Shown here piece by piece: positions 63,205 through 64,000 of a DNA stretch of 64,000 nucleotides. The notes under the pieces are model-generated. The model ran no database searches. It was given only the letters and a program-made list of their open reading frames with translations, and was not told where the DNA came from. The translations under genes were made by a program, and so were the position numbers. Location of the stretch: positions 96,001 to 160,000 of the IMG/VR virus record IMGVR_UViG_3300025405_000009; one strand, given 5' to 3'. The stretch is from a virus. Every line of letters begins with the position of its first letter. The stretch's first letter is position 1.

Positions 63205-64000
63205 ATGCCAAACTTAATTAATAGTTATTCTCTTTCTTCTGTAATTGGAATCGGTACCGATACTCCAAATCAGAATCTTACTGTTGTCGGTGGTATTAGT
63301 GGTAATGCTTTGGTTTATGATCAAACCGGAAACAGTAGTCAATGGAATAGTGTTTATACTAGTGTAAAAGCTAATTCCGGTTCTTATGCTACAACAAGCT
63401 ATGTACAATCAAATTACCTTAATTTAACTGGCGGTACAGTAAGAGGCAGTGTAACATTTACTGGGAATATCTCAGCACAAGGTAGCGCATATTTTGCCAA
63501 CACTTTCTTTACAACAACAAGTGCTTTGTGTGCTGTAGTTAACAGTCAGGGACCTGGTTTATACATTATACAAAAAGGATCTGGCGACATTGCTTCTTTC
63601 TATGATGGTAATACCAATGGTGAAGTAATGCATATTGGTGCTTCATTAGGTTTACCTGGTGTTGGAATTTATACTTCAAATCCTGTTCCGGGTATTGCGT
63701 TAACTGTTAACGGTAGCATTTCATCAAATAAAGTAATATACGCAAGCGGTGGTAATAGTAATTTATGGAATAGTGCTTATAATTATGTAAATTCTACTTC
63801 AGCCACAAATAATCCAACATATAACGCAACCACATTTAGTAAACTTTCTAGTCAAGCCTATACATTAATACCTTCTACATCTTCTATTTTACCAACTATT
63901 GGTAACAATCAATCCATAGGTTCAGTTTGTTCTTATGTAGGTAGCGGTCAGAATAATAATATTTGCGCTACTAATACTTCTATATATGCTGGTGCTTGTA
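63205..64000 (+). CDS. Tail fibre protein (5' part; runs off the window)
   Basis: Manual ORF MPNLINSY..IGIGTDTP..LTVVGGISG..GNSSQWNS; shares modules with 57948..61481. Confidence 0.75.
   Translation, partial: MPNLINSYSLSSVIGIGTDTPNQNLTVVGGISGNALVYDQTGNSSQWNSVYTSVKANSGSYATTSYVQSNYLNLTGGTVRGSVTFTGNISAQGSAYFANTFFTTTSALCAVVNSQGPGLYIIQKGSGDIASFYDGNTNGEVMHIGASLGLPGVGIYTSNPVPGIALTVNGSISSNKVIYASGGNSNLWNSAYNYVNSTSATNNPTYNATTFSKLSSQAYTLIPSTSSILPTIGNNQSIGSVCSYVGSGQNNNICATNTSIYAGAC

Noticed and set aside
645-63408. Many alternative-frame and antisense ORFs in the track (e.g. 645, 2272, 4970, 9698, 14624, 27883, 28180, 37220, 42653, 52877, 63214)
   Set aside because: They are nested in or antisense to better-supported genes and lack motifs or promoter signals.

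Overview
64-kb segment of a large, AT-rich, T4-like (myovirus-type) bacteriophage genome in standard genetic code 11. The host is probably diderm (lipoprotein spanin candidate), and one secreted protein hints at Verrucomicrobia. Left to right: partial phoH, queE and a P-loop kinase; an 11-kb glycosyltransferase/nucleotide-sugar cluster (RfbH, NDP-glucose 4,6-dehydratase, split ThDP enzyme, SDR enzymes, methyltransferase, NodZ-like protein); clamp-loader-like, GroES-like, DinG-like and T4 gp15-like genes; a lysis cassette; a minus-strand tail/baseplate/fibre block; early genes (RadA/Sms-like ATPase, DUF932-like); an RNA-rich region with tmRNA, 10 tRNAs, HNH endonucleases and two unannotated structured non-coding segments; nrdB-nrdA; dCMP deaminase; and more tail fibres. 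Highlights: (1) a ~500-nt highly structured, separately promoted ncRNA candidate in the tRNA cluster; (2) late genes with N-termini resembling the T4 capsid-targeting sequence, including a HiPIP Fe-S protein and an M14-like peptidase; (3) a tRNA with the rare ACT anticodon and a compensatory A19-U56 pair; (4) a tmRNA with a 34-residue, internally duplicated tag; (5) a yersiniose-like branched-sugar pathway; (6) pervasive promoter-to-start spacing of 5-11 nt, implying leaderless or near-leaderless mRNAs; (7) an I-TevI-style hairpin gate on an HNH gene. All family assignments come from motif recognition by eye; no searches were run.
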